From Pseudomonadota bacterium (GTDB taxonomy: Bacteria; Desulfobacterota; Desulfobacteria; Desulfobacterales; JBDRRP01), in NCBI GenBank assembly GCA_043825735.1, contig JBDRRP010000136.1:1-64000 (forward strand): DNA of 64,000 nucleotides, written 5' to 3'. Below, piece by piece: positions 19,568 to 28,371 of this stretch. The notes under the pieces are model-generated. The model searched no databases. It was not told the DNA's origin and worked only from the letters and a program-made list of their open reading frames with translations. The first letter of the stretch is position 1. Each line of letters opens with the position of its first letter. Position numbers and translations under genes: made by a program.

Positions 19568-20494
19568 ATGAAGTCATCCTACACCATTTCCATCATCAGC
19601 CCTGCCGGCGGCGGCATCCACCAGTTGTCCATCGCCAAACGGACGCTTCGCTTCAGCATCGTCTTAACCGTCCTTATCGTGGTTGCCATCATCGCCGGCA
19701 CCGCCAATTACATACACATTCAAGAGCAGGCCGGCCAGGTGGCGGTGCTCAATTCCCGCCTCCAGGAGCAAAATCACCTCATTGCCATGCAGCGGCGCCA
19801 GGTACAGGCTTTTGCCGAAGACATCAACGGGCTCAAGAGCCGCCTGGTGAGTATCGGCGATTTCGAAAAGAAAATCCGTATCATCGCCAACCTCGACAAC
19901 GAACCCGAATCACCCGGCCTTTTCGGCATGGGCGGCGCGTCGCTCGACGATCTGGATCCGAGAGTGCCCCTGACACAGGCGCATGGCGCGCTGATGCGGG
20001 ATATGCATGAACAGACGCACCAGCTTGGCGCCGCCACCACCCGACAGGCACAGCGGTTCACCACGCTGCTGACGCATCTGGAGGCGCAGATCGATCGATT
20101 GGCCGGGACCCCGTCGATCCGGCCGGCCAAAGGCTGGATCACCTCCCGATTCGAAGAACGCGAATCGCCGTTTACCGGACGACAGGAGTTCCACCATGCA
20201 TTGGACATTGCCAGCGATTCGGGAACGCCCATTCTGGCGACGGCTGACGGCGTCATCGCCTTTGCCGGTAAAAAATGGTTGTTGGGAAATACCGTCGTCA
20301 TCGACCATGGCCACGGGATGATCACCCGCTATGCCCATTGCAGTGAAGTGCTGAAAAAGCCTGGTGATCCGGTCAAGCGCGGCGACATCATCGCCCACAT
20401 GGGAAACACCGGCCGCAGCACGGGCCCGCATGTCCATTACGAAGTCCGCCTCAACGGTGTGCCGGTAAACCCGGAGGACTATATTCTGAACTGA
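19568..20494 (+). CDS. M23 family metallopeptidase with N-terminal TM and coiled coil
   Basis: HHALDIA, YAH, GNTGRSTGPHVHYEV; start uncertain. Confidence 0.92.
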   Translation: MKSSYTISIISPAGGGIHQLSIAKRTLRFSIVLTVLIVVAIIAGTANYIHIQEQAGQVAVLNSRLQEQNHLIAMQRRQVQAFAEDINGLKSRLVSIGDFEKKIRIIANLDNEPESPGLFGMGGASLDDLDPRVPLTQAHGALMRDMHEQTHQLGAATTRQAQRFTTLLTHLEAQIDRLAGTPSIRPAKGWITSRFEERESPFTGRQEFHHALDIASDSGTPILATADGVIAFAGKKWLLGNTVVIDHGHGMITRYAHCSEVLKKPGDPVKRGDIIAHMGNTGRSTGPHVHYEVRLNGVPVNPEDYILN

Positions 20495-20945
20495 ACTGGC
20501 CCGCAGCCGGTAAGTATTCACGATGCCACCGTTGCCGGTGTCGATTCATTGCCCTGTGGCACGTCACATCGCGCACCCGCCTCCAGGAGCGCGACCCCAT
20601 GAGTCCGGCTGCGGGCCAGACCCGATGCCCTCTCACCCTACAGGCCCGTCACCGCTGATTCCCATGCCGACGTCATCGCCGAGACCGTTGACAATTACGA
20701 CAAGCGGCTGCATGGCTGTTGAGACCACTCTGGAGCTTACCCGAAAAGCGAAAAAACAATTTCTCGCGCAGAGACGCAAAGACGCTGGGAACTGCCGACG
20801 ATGAAAAAAGGAAAAACAATATCAGCAAATCGGTGAAGGGGGGCTCTTACCACCAACTGAGATTTTTGCGGTTTTCAGGCTGGGATTCCACTGCGTCCCT
20901 GCGGCGCTTCGCGAAATCGATTATTCTGCAACGATTGATTGCTGC

Positions 20946-21887
20946 CTATCGGGGGAAAAACAGATCCGCCCCGTTCAGGTAGATCCGCGCCCGCTGTCGG
21001 GCCATGACATTGAGCAGGGGATAGGGATCGTCTTCCGGCAGGTGCCGTGCGATCACCGCCTGAAGTGTTTTCTCGAAGCCTTCCCGATCGCCCTGGTTCA
21101 CCAGGTAAAAGCGGGCATAGTAGAGATCGGCCAGGAGAAAATCATCTCCCTTGAGTTGCTTCAGCTGCCGGTAAAAGCCGAGCACTTCGCCCGGGCGGCC
21201 GCCCAGGTCTTCCGGGATGGCGGCATGGTAGCCCATGAAGAAGAAGAGGGCGCCGCCGTGGAAGTACAGCGGATCCAGTATCTGCACCCGGCTCATGGCG
21301 GCACGGGCGCGCTGGGAGAAGGAAAAAGCATCCGGGGCGTCGCGATTCTGGTTTACCCAGGTGCCCAGGTTGAAAGCGTACCAGAACAGTTCCGGCACCG
21401 CCGCTTCGCCGATCTGGCTAAAGCAGGCGTCCAGTTCCGCTATGCCGGCAGCGGCCATGCAAGGCCCGGCAGCTGTCTGTTTAAGCGCTTTTTCGGCATA
21501 ACCGGCACCTTTGAGATAATACCGGCTGAGCCGATAACGCAGTGCAGCCATCTCGGCTTCCTGATCGGGCGCCGGCTCGGGCGCCAGAGAAAGCGCCTCG
21601 TAGTTGCCCTCTAAAAATGCCCACGCGTAGCTGGCATACATCCGCGACAGCAGCACTCGAAGCTGCCGGTTCTCCGGATCGTTTGCCAGTAGGGCCTCGC
21701 AAAGCTTGATGTTCGCTGGAAACGCCGCTTCCAGCATCTCCAGATCGGTATCCTGTTCAAACGATGTGATGCCGGTATCCAGCATCCCCACGGCTTCCTT
21801 GATCGCCATCTGCCGGGGGGAACAGGACGCCGCCACGGCAACCAGACACAGGGCCACAATCAACATGTTTACCCGTTTCATAGGCAC
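20946..21887 (-). CDS. TRAP transporter TatT-component family lipoprotein
   Basis: Lipobox VAASC, EQDTDLE..EAAFPANIK.CEALL..DP.N, TPR-like helices. Confidence 0.75.
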   Translation of the reverse strand: MPMKRVNMLIVALCLVAVAASCSPRQMAIKEAVGMLDTGITSFEQDTDLEMLEAAFPANIKLCEALLANDPENRQLRVLLSRMYASYAWAFLEGNYEALSLAPEPAPDQEAEMAALRYRLSRYYLKGAGYAEKALKQTAAGPCMAAAGIAELDACFSQIGEAAVPELFWYAFNLGTWVNQNRDAPDAFSFSQRARAAMSRVQILDPLYFHGGALFFFMGYHAAIPEDLGGRPGEVLGFYRQLKQLKGDDFLLADLYYARFYLVNQGDREGFEKTLQAVIARHLPEDDPYPLLNVMARQRARIYLNGADLFFPR

Positions 21888-22133
21888 TCCTCATGTCGTC
21901 TCGCCCGATGGGGGAACCGCTGGGAGATTCCCACCCTGCCCCATATCGACCACACTTCGCCGGGGAATGCAATACAGGCAAGCGTGTAAAATGGACACCA
22001 CTGCGGCCAATGGCAATTTTGCACCGTCCACGAAACCGTGATTTATTTGGTTGATTGCGCTACACTGCCCCCATGATTCGCCCACGCCGGCAGCTGACCG
22101 GACATCACGGCTGCCATCTTAAAGGAGCACTCC

Positions 22134-22265
22134 ATGAAACGATGGCGCTGCATCATCTGCGGATACATCCACGAAGGCGACGCCCCGCCGGTCAAATGCC
22201 CCGTCTGCGGGGCGCCGGCGGCGCTGTTTGAAGAAATTCTGCCGGAAAAGCCGCCGGTGGTATAG
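22134..22265 (+). CDS. Rubredoxin-like small protein (43 aa)
   Basis: Not in ORF track; RBS AAGGAG, MKRWRCIICGYIHEGDAPPVKCPVCGAPAALFEE. Confidence 0.88.
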   Translation: MKRWRCIICGYIHEGDAPPVKCPVCGAPAALFEEILPEKPPVV

Positions 22266-22279
22266 CAAGATTAAAGAAA

Positions 22280-22365
22280 AAGGACCTAAGGGACCTAAAA
22301 GACCTAAGAAAACCGGTGCCCGGTTTTAGTCCTTCAGGTCCCTTAGGTCTTTGAGGTCCTTTATC
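22280..22365. repeat. Inverted nonamer-repeat element (GACCTAA type)
   Basis: AGGACCTAA GGGACCTAA AAGACCTAA ... GTCCTTCAG GTCCCTTAG GTCTTTGAG GTCCTTT. Confidence 0.8.
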
Positions 22366-22387
22366 TTTTTGGCCCCGTAACGCCCCG

Positions 22388-23509
22388 TTACCCCACATGC
22401 TCCAGCAAAATCCGCAGCATGCGGCGCAGCGGTTCGGCCGCACCCCACAACAGCTGGTCTCCCACCGAAAAGGCCGTCAGATAGTCGGGCCCAATGGTCA
22501 GCTTTCGCAGCCTGCCCACCGGAACCGCCAGTGTGCCGGTGACCTTTGCCGGCGTCAGCTCCCGCAGGGTGATCTCTTTCTCGTTGGGGACAACACTCAC
22601 CCAGTCGTTGTGGGCGGCGATCATGGCCTCGATCTCGGCCATGGGCACGTCGCGCCTCAGCTTGACGGTGAAGGCCTGGCTGTGGCAGCGCATGGCGCCG
22701 ATGCGCACGCACTGGCCATCGATGGGAATCGGCTTGTCCTGGCGACCCAGGATTTTGTTGGTTTCGGCGTATCCCTTCCATTCCTCACGGGTCTGGCCGT
22801 TTTCCATCGCCCGGTCGATCCATGGGATCAGGCTCGCAGCCAGCGGGGCGCCAAAGTACTGGGTGGGAAACGCGTCGGTTCTAAGGGTGCCGGTGACGAG
22901 ACGGTCCAGTTCCAGAATGGCCGATGCCGGATCTGCGAGCAGCGGGGCCGCGGCGTCTCCGACGGTTTTCATCTGCGCCACGAGCTCGCGCATATTGTTG
23001 GCACCGGCACCCGAGGCCGCCTGGTAGGTCATGGACGTCATCCACGCCACCAGATCGTTTTCAAACAGCCCGCCCAGGGCCATGAGCATCAGCGACACCG
23101 TGCAGTTGCCGCCGATGAAATCCTTCACGTCCCGCGTCAGCGCATCATCGATGACGCGGCGATTGACCGGATCGAGAATGATGACGCTGCCGGTGGCCAT
23201 GCGAAGGGTCGAGGCCGCATCGATCCAGTAGCCCTGCCATCCGCTGCTGCGCAGCTGTGGATGGCACTGCTCAGTATAAGCGCCGCCCTGACAGGAAACG
23301 ATGATGTCCATCTGGGCCAGGCGCTTCACATCATGGGCATCCTCGACCAGGGGGGCGTCCTTGCCGATGTCCGGCCCTGGCTGTCCCGCCTGAGAGGTTG
23401 AGAAAAAAAAGGTCTCAAACCCGGCAAAGTCATTTTCCGCCAGCATCCGCTCCATGAGCACCGAGCCGACCATCCCCCGCCATCCGACAAAACCGACACG
23501 TATCGCCAT
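22388..23509 (-). CDS. asd: Aspartate-semialdehyde dehydrogenase
   Basis: [43 protein letters not shown]. Confidence 0.98.
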   Translation of the reverse strand: MAIRVGFVGWRGMVGSVLMERMLAENDFAGFETFFFSTSQAGQPGPDIGKDAPLVEDAHDVKRLAQMDIIVSCQGGAYTEQCHPQLRSSGWQGYWIDAASTLRMATGSVIILDPVNRRVIDDALTRDVKDFIGGNCTVSLMLMALGGLFENDLVAWMTSMTYQAASGAGANNMRELVAQMKTVGDAAAPLLADPASAILELDRLVTGTLRTDAFPTQYFGAPLAASLIPWIDRAMENGQTREEWKGYAETNKILGRQDKPIPIDGQCVRIGAMRCHSQAFTVKLRRDVPMAEIEAMIAAHNDWVSVVPNEKEITLRELTPAKVTGTLAVPVGRLRKLTIGPDYLTAFSVGDQLLWGAAEPLRRMLRILLEHVG

Positions 23510-23571
23510 GATCTCCCCCTGCGCAGTAAAAAAATATGTCCATGTAAAAAGAAGAATTTCTCCTTTTTTCT

Positions 23572-23671
23572 ATCATGCCGTTGAAGTCCGGGATCCGGTG
23601 ATTTCAAAAACTTCCGGACTCCGGCCTGCGCCGGCGTGACTATCTTTTGAGACTTTTTTCAAATCCATCAA
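23572..23671. repeat. REP/MITE-like palindromic element
   Basis: TCATGCCG...CCGGGATCCGG ... CCGGACTCCGGCCTGCGCCGGCGTGAC, then GACTTTTTTCAAATCCATCAA (terminus similar to the 14068/24286 elements). Confidence 0.5.
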
Positions 23672-23687
23672 GAAAACACCCGGCAAT

Positions 23688-23727
23688 AAAAAAACCTCTC
23701 GAAACCAGTGTCGGCTCTGAGAGGTTT
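23688..23727 (-). terminator. Intrinsic terminator upstream of asd (attenuator candidate)
   Basis: AAACCTCTC / GAGAGGTTT stem with a U7 run on the minus strand. Confidence 0.75.
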
Positions 23728-23749
23728 GTTGTTGGTTACCGGTAACGCG

Positions 23750-23854
23750 TTAATGCCGCTTCAAGCGCCAACTCCTTCCCATGCCGGTCACTGCCCGAGT
23801 GACCCCCTTAGTGCCGCTACGCTTAAAAGTGATGGTGCCTCTGGTGTTTTGCAC
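23750..23854 (-). CDS. Candidate leader peptide (34 aa)
   Basis: AAGGGG RBS, GTG start, MQNTRGTITFKRSGTKGVTRAVTGMGRSWRLKRH; ends just before the terminator. Confidence 0.5.
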   Translation of the reverse strand: MQNTRGTITFKRSGTKGVTRAVTGMGRSWRLKRH

Positions 23855-23972
23855 AGAAAATCCCCTTTCTTGTCGCACATCGGGATGATCATTGATGCAA
23901 TTGAAACGAAAAGTCAAGCGTTGGATAAGGCCAGAATTACTGCCGAAGGGATGGCGCCCCCCACCGGTTGCT

Positions 23973-24194
23973 TCAGCGCAGGCTCATGGTGCGGTAGATC
24001 TTCACGGCCAGAAGCAGCGTGGGGACAAGGTGAAAAAACAGATCGAAAATATCGATGGGCTTGGTCAGGACCCCGTTTTTCAGCATGATGAGCTTTTCCA
24101 CCACGTGGGGCATCGGCCGAACGGGCGCCAGCAGCATGACAACGGCGAAAATGACCAGGGCCGGAATGGGGATGCTGTCGATGATTTTCCACAT
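23973..24194 (-). CDS. Small two-TM membrane protein
   Basis: LAPVRPMPHVVEKLIML.NG.L.KPIDIFDLFFH with hydrophobic segments; RBS AAGGA. Confidence 0.75.
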   Translation of the reverse strand: MWKIIDSIPIPALVIFAVVMLLAPVRPMPHVVEKLIMLKNGVLTKPIDIFDLFFHLVPTLLLAVKIYRTMSLR

Positions 24195-24285
24195 GATCGT
24201 CAGGTCCTTTCTTGTTTCCGATCTGCGTCCTCATTAGAAACCGCAGATAGCGTTGCACGTTTTACCTGTTGCTTTTCGTTCGAAC

Positions 24286-24402
24286 CTTGATGGCCTCGCA
24301 AAGAGCCTGAAATCACCACAGAGAGCGCAGAGACAACCCATTATCATCTCGATCTATTCTCTGCGGTCCTCTGCGATCTCTGTGGTTCAAAATCATTTTT
24401 TG
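24286..24402. repeat. Nonamer-repeat miniature element (inverted copy of 14068 type)
   Basis: Reverse complement TGATTTTGAACCACAGAGATCGCAGAGGACCGCAGAGAATA ... TGGTGATTTCAGG...GCCATCAAGG. Confidence 0.8.
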
Positions 24403-24422
24403 AGCCCTCGAATCCCTGGCCC

Positions 24423-25451
24423 CTATTTTTTCCCCACCAGTGCCTGCTCCAATTCGGCGATGGGAATCTCCTGGACGACGGCGCTGCCAAGACCATCGAG
24501 CAGCACAAAGTGGATGCCCTCGCCGGCCCGTTTCTTGTCGCGCCGCAGGGCATCCATGAGCTGCCGGCCCTCCGCGGGGATGGCAATGGGCAGACCGTAA
24601 GCCTCAATGAGGGCGGTCAAGCGCCTTGCGGCGGCGGTATCGAGAAGCCCCCGGCTCACCGACAGGCCGGCCGCAAAAACCATACCGGCGGCCACCGCCT
24701 CCCCGTGGCTGACCCCGGTGGTCTTCTCGATGGCATGGCCCAGCGTGTGCCCGAAATTGAGTTTGCGCCGCTCGCCGGTTTCCTTTTCATCACGGCTGAC
24801 GATACCGGCTTTCAGCGCTACCGAGTCGACCACGAAGCGCTCGATCACGGCCTCATCGAGGCCCTTGGCCGCCGGAGCGCTCCTTTCCATAAAGTCGAAA
24901 AGCGCTGCATTGCCGATGGCCGCATGCTTGATAATTTCGGCAAATCCGCTGTGGCGCTCCGACTTGGGCAGGGTGCACAGCATCTCCAGATCGCAGATGA
25001 CAAATTCCGGCTGGTTGAACACCCCCACCATATTTTTGTAGCCGCCGAAGTTGACCCCGTTTTTTCCGCCCACACTGGCATCCACCTGGGCGAGCAACGT
25101 CGTGGAGACAAATCCGAAGCGCACCCCGCGCAGGTACGTGGAGGCCACAAACCCGGTGACGTCGCAGACGATGCCGCCGCCGATGCCGACGATGAAAACG
25201 CTGCGGTCGGCTTCCCTGGCGATGAGCTCCCCGTAAATGTCTTCCAGGGAGGCAAGGGTTTTGGCCCGCTCACCGGTGCCCATGGCGATGACATCGACGT
25301 CCGGAAATGCGTTGCCGTAAAGCTTTCGCACAATGGTGTCGGTAATGATGATGGTGCGGCCCGGTGGCAGGTAGTGGGGAAGATTGGACAGGCGCTCGCC
25401 CACCAGCAGCCGCGAGTGCCCGGTGGCGCCGTGAACGTCAAGGGTTTTCAT
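24423..25451 (-). CDS. aroB: 3-dehydroquinate synthase
   Basis: GGGIVCD, TTLLAQVDASVGGKNGVN, LNFGHTLGHAIE. Confidence 0.97.
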   Translation of the reverse strand: MKTLDVHGATGHSRLLVGERLSNLPHYLPPGRTIIITDTIVRKLYGNAFPDVDVIAMGTGERAKTLASLEDIYGELIAREADRSVFIVGIGGGIVCDVTGFVASTYLRGVRFGFVSTTLLAQVDASVGGKNGVNFGGYKNMVGVFNQPEFVICDLEMLCTLPKSERHSGFAEIIKHAAIGNAALFDFMERSAPAAKGLDEAVIERFVVDSVALKAGIVSRDEKETGERRKLNFGHTLGHAIEKTTGVSHGEAVAAGMVFAAGLSVSRGLLDTAAARRLTALIEAYGLPIAIPAEGRQLMDALRRDKKRAGEGIHFVLLDGLGSAVVQEIPIAELEQALVGKK

Positions 25452-25543
25452 GAATCATACCGCCTTTCTCTCAAAATGATGTCTGGCGATAGTAACACAA
25501 CCCCCCGGGCAGGCCAAAGGGTATCGGGCAGCGGTGCCCCGGA

Positions 25544-27106
25544 TCATTGTGATGTCGCCGCCGGCGGGTCGCCGGGCAGCCGCAAGGGGCCCACGGCCGA
25601 TTCAACGGCATCGATGATGACATTGTCTGCGATCAGGCGCTTCATCATCGACAGGTCTGTGGCCAGCACCCTGTCCTCATCAAGGTGGGGGATGTGCCGG
25701 CGGATAACCTGGTAGGCGGCCAGGGTGCCTTCCCCGGGGCGCAGGTTGGTAAACAGGTCCAGGGCCTGCGCGGCGCAGAGCATTTCGATGGCCACTACGT
25801 CCGTGGCGTTGCCGATGATGTCCCGGCATTTTCTGGCGGCGATGGTGCCCATGCTGACGTGGTCTTCCTTGTTCGCGGAGGTCGGTATGGAGTCCACACT
25901 GGCGGGATGGGCCAGCACCTTGTTTTCAGAAACCAGGGCGGCGGCGGTGTACTGGGCGATCATGAACCCCGAGTTGAGGCCGCCGTCCTTTACGAGAAAC
26001 GCCGGCAGGCCGCTCAGCATGGGGTTTACCAGCCGCTCGATACGGCGCTCGGAAATGTTGCCCAGCTCGGCCACGGCAATGCCGAGAAAATCCATGGCCA
26101 GGGCCACCGGTTGACCGTGGAAATTTCCCCCCAGCAGGTAATCTGCCGTGCCGCCGAAGATGAGCGGGTTGCCGGTGGAGGCATTCATTTCGGTCTCGAT
26201 GACCCGCCGGCTGTAGGCGATGGCATCCTGGCTGGCGCCGTGAACCTGGGGCGAGCAGCGCAGGGTGTAGGCGTCCTGCACCCGGTGGCAGTCCTTGTGG
26301 GAGCTGATGATATCGCTGCCATTGGTGATTCGAAGCATGTTGTCCGCGGAGCAGGCCTGGCCGGGATGGGGTCGCAGCTGATGGATCCGTGGGTCGAATT
26401 CCATCCGGCTGCCCATGAGCACCTCCAGGCTCATGGCGGCGGCAATGTCGGTGAGCTGCGCCAGGCGGGTGGCATCGCTGACGGCAAGGGCGCCCACGGC
26501 CGTCATGACCTGAGTGCCGTTGACCAGGGCCAGTCCCTCCCCTGATTCCAGCGTTACCGGAGACGCGCCGATGGTCTTCAGCGCTTGCAGACCGCTCATG
26601 CGCTGCCCGCTGACCATCGCTTCACCCTTGCCGATCAGGACCAGTGCCATGTGGGCCAGAGGGACCAGATCGCCGCTGGCACCCACCGAGCCCTTTTCCG
26701 GAACCAGCGGTACCACGTTTCGGTTCAGCAGCGTGATCAGCAAATCGAGGGTTTCCTGGCGCACACCGGTATTGCCTCTGGCCATGTCCTTGATCCTCAG
26801 TGCCATCACGGCCCGGACGGTTTCTTCGCCGAGCAGCGCCCCGGTACCGCAGGCATGGCTCATGAGGATGTTCTGCTGAAGCCGGCGGGTGTCACCGGTG
26901 GAAATAGTGATATCGCTCAAGGCACCGAAGCCGGTGGTGACGCCATAGATGATCTTCCCGTCGGCTACCCAGTCCTCCACCAGTTTACGGGCGGTGTCGA
27001 TGCGCAGGGCGGCTGCTTTTGAGAGCACGACAGGCGCGTGGTGGCGGGCGATGGCCATGAGATCTCTGATGGCCAGTCCGTCCATGTCCAAAGTGATCGC
27101 CTTCAT
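25544..27106 (-). CDS. hutH: Histidine ammonia-lyase
   Basis: YGVTTGFG, GSVGASGDL (MIO), QDAYTLRC, GGNFHG, EDHVSMG. Confidence 0.97.
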   Translation of the reverse strand: MKAITLDMDGLAIRDLMAIARHHAPVVLSKAAALRIDTARKLVEDWVADGKIIYGVTTGFGALSDITISTGDTRRLQQNILMSHACGTGALLGEETVRAVMALRIKDMARGNTGVRQETLDLLITLLNRNVVPLVPEKGSVGASGDLVPLAHMALVLIGKGEAMVSGQRMSGLQALKTIGASPVTLESGEGLALVNGTQVMTAVGALAVSDATRLAQLTDIAAAMSLEVLMGSRMEFDPRIHQLRPHPGQACSADNMLRITNGSDIISSHKDCHRVQDAYTLRCSPQVHGASQDAIAYSRRVIETEMNASTGNPLIFGGTADYLLGGNFHGQPVALAMDFLGIAVAELGNISERRIERLVNPMLSGLPAFLVKDGGLNSGFMIAQYTAAALVSENKVLAHPASVDSIPTSANKEDHVSMGTIAARKCRDIIGNATDVVAIEMLCAAQALDLFTNLRPGEGTLAAYQVIRRHIPHLDEDRVLATDLSMMKRLIADNVIIDAVESAVGPLRLPGDPPAATSQ

Positions 27107-28371
27107 TGCGCAGCCCTTTCTTTCCGCTGATGGATGACAGTGCCGTTTTTGATGACGGTATCAACGATGTTGACACCCGTGTGGTAGGGGATGAACCGGA
27201 TGGATGGTGCTTCCAGTATCAGGATGTCGCCCATTTTTCCTGCGGCAATGCTGCCCACCCGGTCGGCTCGGTCTACGGCGGCGGCGCCGTTGAGGGTGAG
27301 GGCTGTGAGAATCTCCTCGGGGGTCATCTGCATTTTCAAGGCCGCCAGGGCGGCCACCAGGGGAATGGACTCGGTAAAGCTGCTGCCGGGGTTCATGTCG
27401 GTGGCCAGGGCCACGGCGCATCCGGCATCGATCATTTCCCGCGCCCGTGCAAAGGGCTCTCCGAGGACAAAGGCCGTTGCCGGCAGGAGCGTGGCAATGG
27501 TGTCGCTGCCAGCCAGCCCGGCGATGCCGGTCTCACTGGCGCTGAGAAGATGATCGGCCGAGACGGCGCCGAGCTCAACGGCCAGTTCGGCACCACCTAA
27601 AGAGGCCATTTCGTCTGCGTGCAGCTTGAGCCCCAGGCCTTTCTTTCGGGCGGCGGTCAGCAGCCGTCGGGACTGCGCCACGGAGAACACCCCTTGCTCG
27701 CAGAAGATGTCGCAGAAGGCGGCCAGCCCCCGTCGCGTCACTTCGGGCAGCATTCGGGTGATGATAAAGTCGATGTAGTCGTCTGTCCGGCCCCGGTATT
27801 CCGGGGCCACGGCGTGAGCACCGAGAAACGTCGGGACAACGTCCACCGGATGCCTCCGGTTTGCCTCGGCCATGACTTCCAGCACGCGCAGTTCCGTCTC
27901 AAGATCGAGGCCGTAGCCGCTTTTGCCCTCCACCGTGGTCACCCCGAACGCCATCATGCTGTCCAGCCGCTCGAGGGCCAGCGCCAGCAGGGCGTCGCTC
28001 GGTGTCTCCCGCGTGGCGCGCACCGTATCGAGGATACCGCCGCCGTTGGCGAGGATGTCCGTGTAGCGCATTCCCGACAGGCGCCAGGAGAATTCCTTTT
28101 CCCGGTAGCCGCCGAAGACAAAATGGGTGTGGGCGTCGACAAAGCCGGGAATCACCGAACGTCCCCGGGCATCGATGATCGTATACTCCGGCGGTGGTGT
28201 GGGGCTCATGATCTCGCTGCTTGTCCCCACCGCCGTGATGACGCCGCCGGTGACCTTCACGGCGCCGTCGGCGATGACGCCGATCTGGGACATTTCCTTT
28301 CCGCGGCGTGCCGTTTTTTTCCCGACGGTGACCAGTTCGCCGGCGCTATGGATGATGAGATTGCCGGTCAT
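27103..28371 (-). CDS. hutI: Imidazolonepropionase
   Basis: PGFVDAHTH, EGKSGYGL, FLGAH, HADE, TDMNPGS. Confidence 0.97.
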   Translation of the reverse strand: MTGNLIIHSAGELVTVGKKTARRGKEMSQIGVIADGAVKVTGGVITAVGTSSEIMSPTPPPEYTIIDARGRSVIPGFVDAHTHFVFGGYREKEFSWRLSGMRYTDILANGGGILDTVRATRETPSDALLALALERLDSMMAFGVTTVEGKSGYGLDLETELRVLEVMAEANRRHPVDVVPTFLGAHAVAPEYRGRTDDYIDFIITRMLPEVTRRGLAAFCDIFCEQGVFSVAQSRRLLTAARKKGLGLKLHADEMASLGGAELAVELGAVSADHLLSASETGIAGLAGSDTIATLLPATAFVLGEPFARAREMIDAGCAVALATDMNPGSSFTESIPLVAALAALKMQMTPEEILTALTLNGAAAVDRADRVGSIAAGKMGDILILEAPSIRFIPYHTGVNIVDTVIKNGTVIHQRKERAAQ

